Shown: in pieces, positions 36,487 to 49,950 of the stretch | How the letters are laid out: each line of letters opens with the position of its first letter | How positions within the stretch are numbered: the first letter of the stretch is position 1 | Assembly (NCBI RefSeq): GCF_018977255.1 | Contig: NW_024704742.1 | Coordinates: 40,550,001 to 40,614,000 of the forward strand | Direction of reading: 5' to 3' | DNA length: 64,000 bases | Source of the DNA: Callorhinchus milii | Taxonomy: Eukaryota | The notes under the pieces: model-generated | What the model saw: only the letters and a program-made list of their open reading frames with translations | The model's database searches: none | Told to the model about the DNA's origin: nothing | Made by a program: the position numbers and the translations under genes

Positions 36487-38619
36487 CTGTAACAGCCAAC
36501 AACAGCTGCACTTTATGAGATTAACTAGTCAATTTAACTTGTCCCTAATCATTGAGATTTAGCACCTCTTTGTCAAAGACGTGGGCAGTCGCATAATCTG
36601 GTCAAGAACTGGCTAGAGCTGTGTGTTGAGTTAAATTGTCAGCGGTTGCCACAATTCTAACATTGGGCTGTTGAAATGCAGTCCAACACTTAATGTCAGA
36701 CCTACCTATTAGTCCCTGTTCTGTTTCCCAAATTAAATGCATCATCAATTGTAATAAGTAAGTAGTTTATTCTTAATTTATCTAAAACCTCATCTCTACT
36801 GGTATTACACTTCATTTAGTATTTCAACCCTGTCTAAATTGCAGAGCAGAGCTGCCATTGAATCCTAATTGTGAACTTGTTTCAATGCCCTTTGTAGTTA
36901 GTGTGTTGGGGGGTGGTGTGTTGGGGGGTGGTGTAGAGCACAGAACTCTGGGGTGAAGTCTCTCAATGTTTATAAACTCACTTTTAGGGAAAGAATGGGG
37001 CTGAAAAAGCAATAGTTAGCAAGGCCATTCACCAATAGTGACTCAAGAGTGACCAGAAGTTAATTGCTATGGTTAACCAGAGGGACTCAGAAACAACCTG
37101 TGGAAACTGTCTGATCTTCTCCTAACACTTGTGATCTGGGTTCCTGTGAGACGCCCATGAGATGCTGGGCAGGATTTCCTGATAGTAATACTTACTGAAA
37201 CCTGTGGTGAATCGCTGCTATTTCTGACCTCAATGTGCTGATACTTTGGAGAAGGGAACTAACATTATGGTGCATGTGGTCAGAAAACATGTTTTGTGGT
37301 TATAGTTCACATCATTCTTTGATTGCTGTGGGTGAAAATAAGCAAAATACAGTAATATTTAATAGTAACATTTTAGTTCTTGAGTTTTTTGCCTGGTGCT
37401 TAAGTATATTTAACAAAAATAATAATAATCTGTAGACTACAGTCAAGAACTGTTCTCCAGAAATATGTAGTTCAAAAAATTAAGAAGGGCTCAGTTTTAT
37501 TTTACATTCTCTGATCTCAATCCTTGAAAACATGGTTTGATTGTGTTTTTTAAACTACAGAGTTTACCATGACATTTGGGCAGAAAAAGTGTTGGCCAGA
37601 AATAGAGTCTGTAACCTAAACTGTACTTTCTGCAGGAAATCCCTGTGTATCACAGGGACTCGTTGAGACCTCGGTTCCAAGGAGATCAAGTTCTCCAGAA
37701 TAAGCGCTCTAAGATGCTACCCTGGGTGGAGGGTGAAGTTGTTGGTGGTGTTGTTGTATGCAATTAGCCATTGGGGAAAATATCTTCCTCTTTATTTTGT
37801 CAATTCTCTTAATCTTGAACAACTCAACTAAATTCCCCCCTTTCCCCCCCAACTCCACTCCAATTAATATGTAACCACTCTACCCAACCTTTACTTCACT
37901 AAAGTTTAGCCCCCACTCCATCTTTGTGAATCTATGCTACACACTCTCCTCCAGTAATATAGAAAAGCTTCTCATATCCACACACCGGGTAATCGCATGT
38001 TTGTTCAATTCATCATGACTAACATTGTGGAAGAAAGTTGGTGAAATCCACTGGTGAAGTTTTGCATTGGATTGCAATACATTCATGTCACTTATACTAG
38101 CAGCAGAATTGTCTTCCGAATGTGCGTCTTATGGCAAGAAGACTTATTGAGCAGTACAAAGAAAGTGAGAGGGGGGTCAGACAGCGACACAAGGCGAGAC
38201 AGAGAGCAGGTCCTGCGTGTACTTGTGGAGAGGAGGAGAGAGAAAACAATATGGCACTATGGACTAGTGTAATGTGTCAGACTATAATGTGACAGACTAA
38301 AATATGACAGCAATTGGCTGCCACATCTCTTCTACAAAATACAGTCAAATCTCTTTACAGTATATCCTGTGAAGTACTTTGAGATGTCTCAATGACATAA
38401 TAAGGTGCTATATCAAATGAAAAGATTATTATTTTATTGTGGAGGGGACCTGGGAGAGAGGGAAGGGTAGAATAGTGATAGCATAACTTCTGCTGGAAGA
38501 AGTTTTAGTTAGTGTGGAATAGTTTTCCATTAACTTAATAGACTACACTGTTTACAAACCTACAATGGAACTGGTTCCAGTTAGTGCAATTTCCACAGTG
38601 TACTTTTCCTGTGTTGAAT

Positions 38620-39500
38620 GAACCAAAACTGAATTCAACATTTCCAGGTATCGTGTACAAAATAGTACATCCTCCTTTTCTCCATTCTATGCCTCTTGCT
38701 ATGAATACCAACATCTAATTAGCACTGTCAATAGCTCTTTACACCTGTTAACTAGTTTTTAGTGATTTACTAACCAGCACACCTAAATCCTTTTGTTCAT
38801 AAACATCCTCCTGACACTTCATATATATTTCCAAACACTAGTCTTACAGCCAAAATGCATTACCTCACATTTGGCCACATTGAAATGCATCTGCCATACT
38901 TCCACCCATTCTAATTTATCAATGTCTGCTTGCACATTTCTGTACCATTTTTCAGATTTTGCTATGCTTTCAAGCTTCGTCATCTTCAAATTTGGAAACT
39001 TCCCTCTGTTCCCGAATCAAGTTAAATGATATATATGGAAAACAGCTGCAAGCAGAGTACTAATCCCTACGAAGTTCCACTATCATTGGCTGCTGGTCAA
39101 TGAACTCCCCTTCGCATAAATTCTTTGACATCTGCCTGTCAGTCAATTCACAATCCTTACTCCTCATGCCACATGCCTCAATATGAACCAGCAATCTATT
39201 GTGAGGAACTTTATCAAACACCTTCTGGACCTCCATAAATTACTACTTTCCCCGACCTTCCCCCATGCCCTTCACTAACTCTGTTTCTCAATTAAAGAAT
39301 GCTATTAGGTTTATCAAAACAGGATGAACTTGACAAACCAATGCTAAGTCTCCCAATCGGCCTATATCTATTCAGGTTTGCTCCTACCATTGTAGTTGGT
39401 GATAGTAGGTGTAGAAGGCCATTGACCACTTTTCCTTGTATTAATAAACCTAGATTAGTCAACTATTTCTGCCTCTATATGTATTCAGTATTTGTCTGTC
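38620..39500 (-). mobile_element. Old CR1 RT fragment
   Basis: Reverse strand gives WQMHFNVAKCEVMHFG and KVFDKVPH.RL remnants. Confidence 0.8.
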
Positions 39501-41239
39501 TCTAATGGTCCACAATCATGGTTACAATATTTCAACCACTTTTCTTAACATATATATGTAATATTTTCTTAAATCTTGCCCTTAGTATCCCTTGCAATGG
39601 CTATTTGACTTAAGAAACTCTTAAAGAAAATGACTACCATAACCATCTTCTCAGGGAAACCATGATTGGACAATTAATGTGGACTCTGTCGAGGTACTCC
39701 ACATGCCAAAAAAGAATGATAATCAAAAAAAAGTACCCTTCACGTATTGTTGTGTTTTTTAATCAGTGCTTGCGTATAATTAGCTACACCTTTAGCTGAA
39801 CTGGCTCCAAGGTGATATACTTGGCAAGGCAATATCGTAGTCGAATCACATCACTGTGGCAGTCTTGGTTGTCCAGTTGCTAAGCCAGGCAGGTCTGCAG
39901 TACTCTTGGGTATTGCTGACTGCAGATTGGGATTTGTCCCCTTCAGCTCCTGTTAATTCTGCAAATCAAAGCCCTAACAGGTAAGATGGTCTTAATCTGA
40001 TAAAGCAGCAGAAAGCCTGCATCCGCTCTGCACGCCCAACTCGCCAGTGTCCCACCAGATCAATTTCAAGGTCTTCAACCTCGCCTATAAATCCATCCCC
40101 TCCATCATACAGCTTATCTCTGATCTCCTACCATATCCCTCGCTTGCCCCTCCTCAGGAAGCTAGTATTATGTATTGAGTGGCAGAATGTAACTTATAGT
40201 ACTGAAAATAGTACTTATATATGCAAGTCCAAAAGTAAAATAATCAGTTCTTCCCACACTTTAATAGATGCATAAGCGGCTAACTTATAATTTTTGTTTC
40301 TGTCGTGCTGCCAGAGAAGAATCTCTCCCTGTCCCATGTGCCCCCTAGCTATGGAAGATCCATTACTTGAATGTCCTTCCACTCTGCTCCCTAGTTCAAG
40401 TTGTGAATTCCACACAGCCTCATTTATATGCTGTTGCAATTTGATGTACACCATCCACATGTTACAGGAACTTGTTAAGTTAAAAATAAACTTTGGATAT
40501 AACTTTATTTGTGGCTTAGTTTAATTGTCACTGCCTGAAAGAAAAAGAGAATTTATGTTCCGCATGCTTTATCATTTCTTTCCCTGCACCTTAGGCAAGA
40601 ATTGGTGCTATAAAATTCCTCTTATCTAAAATTGCATCTCCAGGCTTTAATGGAGCAATGAGTGCTGCAAAAAACTTCCTCAGGTCTCAGATTTGGCGCT
40701 GAAAAATGTAATTACAAAATCAAATTCACAAACTTGTGGTCCAGAAAGCAAAGTAGTTTAAAGCATGCCACAAGCATAGAGAAAGCATAAGCGATCAAAC
40801 ATGTAACCATTTTAAAAATAATATTAATCATCCGGTAGTTTGATTACTGTATTTCACCTTTTTATAAAAAAAAGAAAAAAAGGGCTTGTATCTCACAATA
40901 GATCTCACACTGCAACACTGTTGCATTGTCTTTAATCTCTCAAATGTAAAATGTACAGAGATAGCATGCAAGATATTGAGCAATCAGGCCATTTGTGATT
41001 CCAGCAAAGGAAGCCAGGAATGAATTATAACTACTGAAGTGTTTATTGGAATATGATGGCATAATTTTTCTGTAAATGTTACCAATTGTTTTAATGCAAT
41101 AACACGCCCATCAGGTGATTTGGTTCAATGTCCGGACTAAGGTTAAATCCACTGTCAACTTTTCATCATGACGGATTTCAGGGGAACCAAATTTGGGCCA
41201 GGGTGAAAGTATACAAAGGCAACGTCAACAGATGTAACA

Positions 41240-42070
41240 AGGATACTTGCATATAGCTCCCTTCACACGGGGAAGCGTTCAACATTGGCAGAGTTTTATG
41301 CTAAGTCAGGGAGAGAGGAAAGGTGGCCATAAGCCAAAGAAGAAGGTCTTCAGGTACAATCTGAAGATGGGCAAGGAGGGAGAAAGGCAGTGGGATTGAA
41401 TTAGGGAGTGCCAGATTTTCAGGATTTAGTGGCTGAAAGCATGGGAGCCAACGATGAAGCACATAAAATGCGGCATAGGCAGGAGGCCGGAGCCATCTGA
41501 GAAAAGGTGGCAGCCAGAGAAGTGTACGAAGGTCGGAGAGGTAGGAAGGTGCCAAGGCATAAAGTCATTGTACATGAGTGTGAGGACCTTAAAATTGATT
41601 CTTTCTTTAGTAGTGGAACCTGGCAAGGATTAAAGTGATGGGGGTGTAGAGTTTGGTACAGATTAGGTTGAAATCAATTGGATTTTTATGAATGGTGGAG
41701 CTGGATAGATGGACAATGAGATATTGGAAAAATCGAGGTGAGAGGTGACCAATGCATGGATAAGCATTTCAGCTGTGTTAGGTGTGAGGTATGATTGGAG
41801 GCTGAGAATGTGGCAGAGGTGAAGGAAAGCATTCCTGGTCAAGGACAAAATGTGGGGTAGGAAGGACAGCTGAGGATTGATCCTGACATCTAGGTTTCAC
41901 ACAGGGTCCCTGCTTCTGATGGATAGGCTGGGGAGGTCGGAGCTGCAGATGAGAAGATATTAAAGAGAGTCAACAAAGATGGCTTCTGTCTTGTCCACAT
42001 TCAGCTGCAGAAAGTTGGCACTCATCCAGGTCTTAAAGTCTGACAAGCAAGAGGACAGAACAGCAGAGGG
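41240..42070 (-). mobile_element. Old L2 fragment
   Basis: AEMLIHALVTSHLDFSN; ERINFKVLTLMY; APSYLSDL. Confidence 0.9.
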
Positions 42071-42099
42071 GAGTCATCAATGGGCAAAGATCGGGGGGT

Positions 42100-42480
42100 G
42101 GGGTTGGGAATATATCCAGTAGGATCTGTCAGGGTTCTGTGTTTGATCCCCTAATATTCATAATATTCGTTAATGACATTGTGGGCATAAACAAAGCAAA
42201 ACTCAGGTTTACTGATACTAAAATTAGTGCCACCGTAGGATAAGAAGTGGACATATTGCAACTTAATCGCAACAAGATGGTTGGATGGGGAGAAAGCAAT
42301 AACATATCCTTTTAATGTGGGAAGTAGAGTGTGATACATTTCAGGCACCAGTTTGACTACCTTTGGATGGTTGACCGAGAAGGAGACCTGAGAATGGTTA
42401 CTGATTGCACACTTAAACATGTGATGACCATTGGCCATAATCAAAGTCAAAGTTGCAAAGCCCAAACTACAAATTGAACT
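42100..42480 (+). mobile_element. Old CR1 RT fragment
   Basis: QGSVFDPLIFIIFVNDI...FTDTK resembles the RT motif QGSVLGPLLF.IYIND...FADDTK. Confidence 0.7.
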
Positions 42481-44534
42481 ATTCTTGCACTGAACTGTGC
42501 TCACCTCACTTGTCGTCCTCCTATGGGTTATCCAAATTCTCCCAGTGAATTCATTTGGCTGAGTTAGTTTTGATGTGTTTGTTCAAAATAGATTGTTTCA
42601 TGCACCAGCCATTCAACAACACAACCCCAGCTCACCATGGTATGTAGCTTTGTACTATAAAGTCCATGAACCACTGATCTTCAGCTTCACCAAAATGTTA
42701 ATACCAAGAGTAACCAGGGTGGTAAAATCTACACTTTCAGGGTAAATTCCAGAATCAGATAGGTTCAAGACCTTCCTCTTTGACCAGACTTTCGGCTATC
42801 TTTCCCCCCCTCACCCCACCGCCCTCATTTCTTCAGTCCCCAACCACTAGATTGGGTGCAAACCCTAGACTGTCCAGTACCTTGGGACATCCTCCCAATG
42901 TGAAAGGTGCTGCATAAATAATAATAATAATAATATGTATTATGCTATATTGGTTCCTCATCACAAATTTCAAAATGCTCTCCAATAATAATAATAATAA
43001 TCCTTCCATTTTATAAAGCGCCTTATCACGCCTTCAAGATGTCTCCAAGTACTTCACAGTGAATCCTGTATATTTTGTGGGAGAAATAATAAGTGGAGTC
43101 CTTGCCATATTCTTACCTCCTGAACCTGAAATGGATCTTGATAGATGAATATCCCCTGAATTGATTTTCTTATAAACCCAGGTCTTTGATGAGCTGCAAT
43201 AGAAAAATGTTGTCCAATATTTAACACTAAGTTTGAAGGATGCTGAGTCTACAAGCAAACCTAGCCATGTTTATAAAATCTTTATTGTGTGTGAGGGATC
43301 TGATGTGATACATTCTTAATTGTAACATTGGTTCTGAAACACAATCTTATCATCTTATATTTTACACCGAGAAAGTAATCCATAAAAGAGAATTAGAGAA
43401 TTAACATCAACAAAAAAGCAGAAAAGTTACTCATGAGTCACAAACATATTTGAAAGAAAAGTCCAGAAGAACGAAATAATAAATTGGGGAAAATACTCTA
43501 ATTTCCCATGTGTACATGAGGGAGAAATGAGTACGCTGTTATAGGACAGGGGAATAGGTGAGGTAGGGGTTTGTGTGGAGTATAAACACCAGCATGGACT
43601 AATTGGACTGAATGGTCTGTATCTGTACTGAATTTATGTAACTATGTAATCACAGTAGATATTTAGAAAAATGTATTGGCTACGAATATCCCCTGTGAGC
43701 TCCAACAGACCTGTGTTTAGTAATTTTAGTGAAAGTGTAGACAAGTGAAAGCCACGGAAGAATGACAAGAAATTCTGTCAAGAAACAAATTCTGTTGTAA
43801 GTGCCCTGCCAAAGGCTGCTAAATTTACCGTTGAGTGGAGAATAATACACGCTCGGGTGAACTGCCAAAAGTCAATGAATTTACCAACATTTACCAACAT
43901 CTTGAGTACTTGTAATTAGCTCACAATGAGGTGGAAATGTTTTTTTTAAAAATGGCAGTGGAAATTATGTCTGAAATTTGAAAAAGGACATTGGGATGTG
44001 AAGTGTAACTCCTGCAGAGAACCTCCTGTGCATCACATTGACCTGCTGAAACTCGTCTCTCACTGGAGATTGTCTCGGAGTCACATTCCCATGGGTCAAT
44101 GTGACTTACAAGTTCTCGGACTTTGCACAACAAAGTGCTTTTCCTAGCGTTGAGGCTTTCTTTCCATTGCCAAATGTCTAATGAGCATATTTTCAACCCC
44201 ACTAACAAACAAAGAAAATGATGAGGTGGAGGTGTTCAATAAATTAATTGTTATAGTGCCCAATATCTACCCATGGATGTACTTAGTAAATCTGAACAAA
44301 GCCAGTGATGGCCATCAATCCCCCAACTTCATTGTTATTTGTGGAACATTGCTGCCAAGTTCACCGGCAAAAATGCAGTAAAAACAGTAAATCATGGGAA
44401 GTGCTTTGAGGCATCCTTCAGACATGCAAGGCCTTGTATTAAATACAAGGATTATTATTTATTATTTTCAGCAGGCAGAATATTATTTACTGAGTGATCC
44501 AGCAACACAAAGTAGCAAGATTTTTTCTTTGCAG

Positions 44535-44880
44535 TCCGACATCTGACACATGCGGAAACTTATTACCATATTTATCAGACTGAGAGTTTCACATATGTAT
44601 GGCAACCACACATGGAAACAGTAACTACCTTGTGATCAATGTTTGCTTTATTGACCTTGGTACTCCAATTGTCAGCAGGTTTACTGAGCTGCGAGCCTAA
44701 CCATTTCAGGGTTTCTTTATAGATGTGTTTGTCGACCTTGTGGTTATGAGGTTCGAATAAGATTTTCTTTCCATTCCTTAAGTTTTTCCAATTGATATTT
44801 TTTCCATGCAAGAGAACTTGCTATCAGACAACGTCAGTCTTCTCAATGAGTGCTCAAGGAATATTAGTTTGTTTGTTTGA
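44535..44880 (+). pseudogene. Decayed exon of the WD40 gene
   Basis: Strong sites ttttttctttgcag|TCCG...TTTGA|gtaaga; stops in the frames read; H..TVTTL WD-like motif. Confidence 0.5.
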
Positions 44881-45364
44881 GTAAGAAAAGAGGCTAAAAC
44901 CAGAATTTATTCAAGAGTTCTGAAAATCTTTTGCAGAAAAGTCCAAAAGAAATAAATAAGACTAAAGTATAAGCACTTTTATACATATGTTTAGGAGCAT
45001 ATGAAACAACTTTGCTTATTAAAAGCATGTGTGTTAAAGGAAAAGTGTGATGTAATTGGAAAAGCAGAGATCTGATTAATCCAAAACATGAACAGAGAGA
45101 TTTTAATGGCTGAGTTGATGTCTATTTGTATCATTTGTATCTAAGGGTGAAAATTGTTTAGTTTCTTAAAACATGTGAAATGCTAACTACAACATTGTAT
45201 TAGTTAAGATGCATCATAATTTTCTAAAGAAATTTAATAACTAACGACTAGTCACACACTGAGGCCTGAATTTGGCACAATGTTTGGACCTGAAGCAATG
45301 CATTTTCATCTGTCATTGTTGTTGCCCATTGCAGACTGCAGCATTTCTGTGTTGCTCCAGTAAT

Positions 45365-45625
45365 GCCAGTCAACCTCAATTGGTAGCACTCTCACCTCTT
45401 GAGTCAGAAGATTGTGATTTGAAGCTTCATGTTGGTCTAGTTTGAGTCAAGGCTGACATTCCAGTGCAGTACTAGGAGAGTTCTGTTTGGCAACAGTGCA
45501 TTTGCTGTGTGCAAATTGGTTGCCATGTTCAACTACAAGTAAGCAGTCATTACACTTTACAGAAACACTGGCGGAATGTCCTATGGCGCTGATGTTTTGG
45601 TGTTATATGAAGTGCAAATATTATT
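45365..45625 (+). mobile_element. Old Deu-SINE with internal deletion
   Basis: Head CTCAATTGGTAGCACTCTCACCTCTTGAGTCAGAAG; Deu core TTGCTGTGTGCAAATTGGTTGCC. Confidence 0.75.
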
Positions 45626-47213
45626 TACTACTATATAATGGTAATTACTAGACAAGGTCCAATGTCCATTTCTACAACAACAAGATTACATTTGTATAGC
45701 GCCTTTCACATCGGGAGGAAGTCCCACAGATTTTTACAGACATCACGATTGAGTACAACATCAGTGATCTGCAACATGCACATGTATTGAATAGACTTGC
45801 TGAATTGACTATCATCTAGACCAGTGTTTTCTATTTTCCCAGCAAATGTGGCCAGCATACAGCTGGTTTCGGTATATAGCTCATGAATGCAAATTAGAAA
45901 TAATACAAGTCTCTTGGGGGACTCATCTCATCACTTCCCCAGGCTAACATTACACCTCTCTGTTTCTATTTTTAAACCAGTTTCTTATCTGGTCTGATGT
46001 TCCATCCAACATTCCTGCAGCTTTTACTTTAATTAGATCTTTCATGTGGAACTTTGTCAAAAGTTTCCTTCAAGTCCTAATAAACGACATTGTATCACCG
46101 GAAGTGCCATTATCAACACATCTGCTGCCTGTTTCTTATTAAAGTAATGGTAGATTAAAAACTCTTGTAGTCTGTCCATTAGAATAGACTTAATTACTTT
46201 ATTTGTTGTATTTTCTAGTTAAGCCCTTTCTGTTATTCCCCATTCCAGTGAAATTTGTCCTTTTTGAAACCAATTTTTTTTTGTCCAAATTCTTGTTTAA
46301 TGCCAGATGATCTTAAATTGGATCACATTGTATTAAGTGGTTTCATTTGGTTTTATTACTTCCATGTTTTGAATGGAATTTGAACCACTTGTCCAAAGAA
46401 GCATTCCATCCCGTCTTAGTTTGTAAGATCATTTGTCTTATCCTTTAAGACAAAATTTAAAACTGAATTGTGGAAACATCTTAAATTCCATCTTAAATTG
46501 AATGTCATTTTATTAAGAATCATAGAAAAACAGTCTCCAAATTAAGACAGAATTTTAGACAGTGTTGTGTTACAAAGATAATCTATTTTTAAAATAATTT
46601 GGTCACGCAATCCACAACTGTTTGTGGAACACTTGGCTGCCACATTTCGCCCACAGAATACAGTCAATTCACTTTACGGTATATTCTGTGAAGCCTTTGA
46701 GACTTCGTAACATGTGATAAGGTGATGTATTAAATGCAAGGATTATTATTATAAATCAAAATGCTCTTACAAAGATGATGTAGAAGTGGGATCCTGTGCC
46801 TGTTGAGTCAAAGAGCAGTTTTCTGCATTCTGATTCTGTTGTACTTCCCAGGTTTATCTCAAGTTGGTTAAAATCTCTTATTATTCCATAAATGCATTTA
46901 TAGAAATGTCTTCTCTTATTTCATAGCATCACAACAAGAAGATTACATTTGTATAGCAAATGTAATCTTATTGTTGTTGTAATGTATATTCTGTTGTTGT
47001 AATGTATATTATTATAACATATAATAATAATGTTTATAATGTATATAGCACATTTCACGTCACAGAGAAGTTTCAATGTGCTTTACAGGATTTATTGAAA
47101 AATGCAGTGACTGCAGGGACTGACTTTTGGAAACCAATTTGCACACAACAATGTTCCACAAATAACCATAATGTGAATGACCCATTTTATCAGGTGCTTA
47201 TTGGCCAGGGCAC

Positions 47214-47952
47214 TAATTCTGTTCATAACAGAATTCTTCATGCATATAATATCTTAACCACAGTAATAAGGCTATTTGTGGCCAAAAAGCAGCAGGCAAA
47301 TTGAGTGACCAGATTTTTTTTATTGATATATTGATCTGACACAATGAATCAGAGTTATGAAATACTATGCAAATGGTACTCCACAGGTCAGTCTTAGGAC
47401 TTTTCCTGTTTTTAACATATAAAATGACTAGATGAGGGTATTGTAAGTATCTCTAATTTAGTATATGGTATCAAAATGAGAAGCAGAGCAAATAATGATC
47501 ATTGCAACCAGATTCAGAAGGATTGGTTTACTTTTGGTAAACTGGGCTGGTTGCAGTTTGATGTAGATAAGTGCAAATGGAACATCCATTGAGTATCGAT
47601 AAGGAAAAAGATAGGTTATTCCTCCACAAAGCAACAACATCATGTATGGCATATGCAAGTTAAGAATGAATAAGTTAGGAACATGAAGAGAAGTAAAATG
47701 CAACTTTTTCTATAAAATATAGTGAAGTTGTAGAATAAATTACCAGGAAAGCTAATTAAAGTGAATTCTTTAAATGAGTTCAAGAGGCAAGTGAATGTCC
47801 TTCTAAAGATGGAAGGGATTTAGGAATATGATAAGAAACTAGGAATGCTGGATTCAGAACAATGAAAAAGGGATAGACCTATAAGGCCAATTGGCCTTAT
47901 TACTGTGGTTAAGATCTCATATGCATGAAGAATTTTCTTATGAACAGAATTA
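47214..47952. repeat. Inverted duplication (arms 47214-47283 and 47885-47952) enclosing an old CR1 fragment
   Basis: AATTCTGTTCATAA...TTCTTCATGCATAT...ATCTTAACCACAGTAATAAGGC mirrored; interior 47290-47880 has CR1-like RT and 3' end remnants. Confidence 0.85.
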
Positions 47953-48603
47953 TTTCTCATGTAACAGTGAGTTACTGTTATGCTAATCATCACAAGGCCA
48001 GAATGAATAGTTAAATTTTGTCCTTAAAATCTGTGCTTAACAAGAGACTTGGCTCTGAACACTCCCTTCTCCCCTTGGCAGTGAGGGAATGGTTTTGCCC
48101 AGTATTAGCAACATATTTTTGGGTGAATGAACACCATGTTCAGACTGCCCCCAACTGAAATTGTCCAATGACAGCAATTCAACACTGCTTCACAAGATAC
48201 CAATTTAATTGTAATCCAGTTTCTCATCTGGACCCATGTTCTATCCCACATTCCTGTGGCTTTTACTTTAATCAGACGTCTTTCATGTGGAGCTTTGCTA
48301 AGAGTATCAAAATAAACAGTCCTGACCGCATTGTGTATCATGGAGTGCAATCATACAATTTATCTGGAAAAGGGTTGAAGGTTTATTTTAGACGTAATGC
48401 CTGTTTCTAATTTAGTTAACACTAGACTTATGCTCCTAATAATATCTGGTGAAGAATCATCGCTGCTCCCATGGTCCAGAATAATGGTAGTCTTAATCCA
48501 TGCTTGCAGAAAGCATGTAAATATTTGATTCATAGCAAACGCTACATGAACTACGTGAATTATGAACTTCCAGCATTGGTGAAATATTGAACTATTTATT
48601 TGT

Positions 48604-48995
48604 GTATCAGCCTGGCTCACTCTCCCCTCTGAGTCAGAAGGTTGTGGGTTCCAACCCTATGTTGGGCTTGGAACTCACACAGTCTTAAACTGAGGATATG
48701 CTGTATTGTTTGGATGAGAAGTTAAATCGATGCCTGAACCCCTGTTGAGGTGATGTTAAAGTTCCCACAACACTATTCTAGAGAAGGGAATTTCTCTTGA
48801 TATCCTCGCCAACAATACCCCAATGAAAATTGACCATTCAGTTCATGACTGTTTGTGGCACATTGTTGTGCGCAAACTGGTTGCCGCGATTCCCCACAAA
48901 ACACACAATTACTGCACTTCACAGTATATTCTGTCAAGTGCTTTGGGACATCCTTCTGACATGAAAAGCATTATAACAAATGTAAGAATTATTGT
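48604..48995 (+). mobile_element. Old SacSINE1-like Deu-SINE
   Basis: CCTCTGAGTCAGAAGGTTGTGGGTTCC...TGTTTGTGGCACATTGTTGTGCGCAAACTGG...GGGACATCC. Confidence 0.85.
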
Positions 48996-49099
48996 TTTAT
49001 TGTCAATTCATGCAATTTTAAAATAAATAGCGCTGTGAAACCAATGTGAAAGGAGCTGCAAAAACGTAAATTGTATTGTAATATTAAAAGTACCAAGTG

Positions 49100-49950
49100 C
49101 GACGAGGTCCTGGGTTTCTTCATCTCTAAGATAGTTAACTCTGTCTGGCTGCCTCCTCCTCCTCCCTGCCATGTTGCCTACCACCCTCTCCCCACCATGT
49201 CTCCTTCATCACCCTCTCCTCCTACCACAGCTCCTATCATAGCCCCCACCATACATTCCTTTGCCCCTATCTCTCCCGCCTCCTTTTCCCCTTCCATCAC
49301 CCAGATGAAGCCCAGCATCTGCTGCCTCGATCCCCTCCCCACCCAGCTTCTGGTCACGCTACTTCTCCTCCTCTGCCCACTGCTGACTGACCTAATCAAA
49401 TATTCCCTCTCCTCAGATTTTGCATCAAAACCACTGTCATTACTTTTCTTCTTAAAGGACCTGCCCTCGATCCCTCCAACCTCATAAACGTCAGACCCAT
49501 CTCAAACCTGCCCTTCCTGACCAAGTTTTGGAACACAAAATTGCAAATCAACTTCGCTCACACCTCTCCCTCCACTCCCTACTCGATCCCCTCCAGTTCG
49601 GTTTTCTCCCTGCCTACAGCACAGAGACACTGCCCGTCAAAGTAACAAATGACATCCTCTGTCTATCTGATCGGGCTCCCTCTGCCTCCTCATTCTCCTG
49701 GATCTCTCTGCTGCGTTCAACACAGTCGATCATGTCATCTTCCTCTATCACCTCTCCTCTTACATCCACCTTACTGGAGTGCACTAGCATGCTTCGAGTC
49801 CTACTTAACAAACCACAAACCAATAATACATCTCAGCAAATATTTTTTTTCCTCCCGCCCCTGCCTGGTCACCTGCAGGGTACCCCAAGGATCCATCCCT
49901 GGCCCTCTTTTTTTTCTTATCTACACCTCCCTCTTGGTGATGTCATTCCC
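49100..49950 (+). mobile_element. L2 ORF2 reverse-transcriptase domain fragment, frameshifted
   Basis: PISNLPFL.K...LQFGF.PAYSTET..KVTNDI...LLDLSAAFNTVDH...VPQGSIPGPLFFLIY. Confidence 0.93.

Noticed and set aside
43921..44811. Minus-strand ORFs of 95 aa and 78 aa as exons
   Set aside because: The plus strand has stronger splice sites (44535-44880) and WD40-like motifs here; the minus ORFs are probably antisense shadows and their phases do not join
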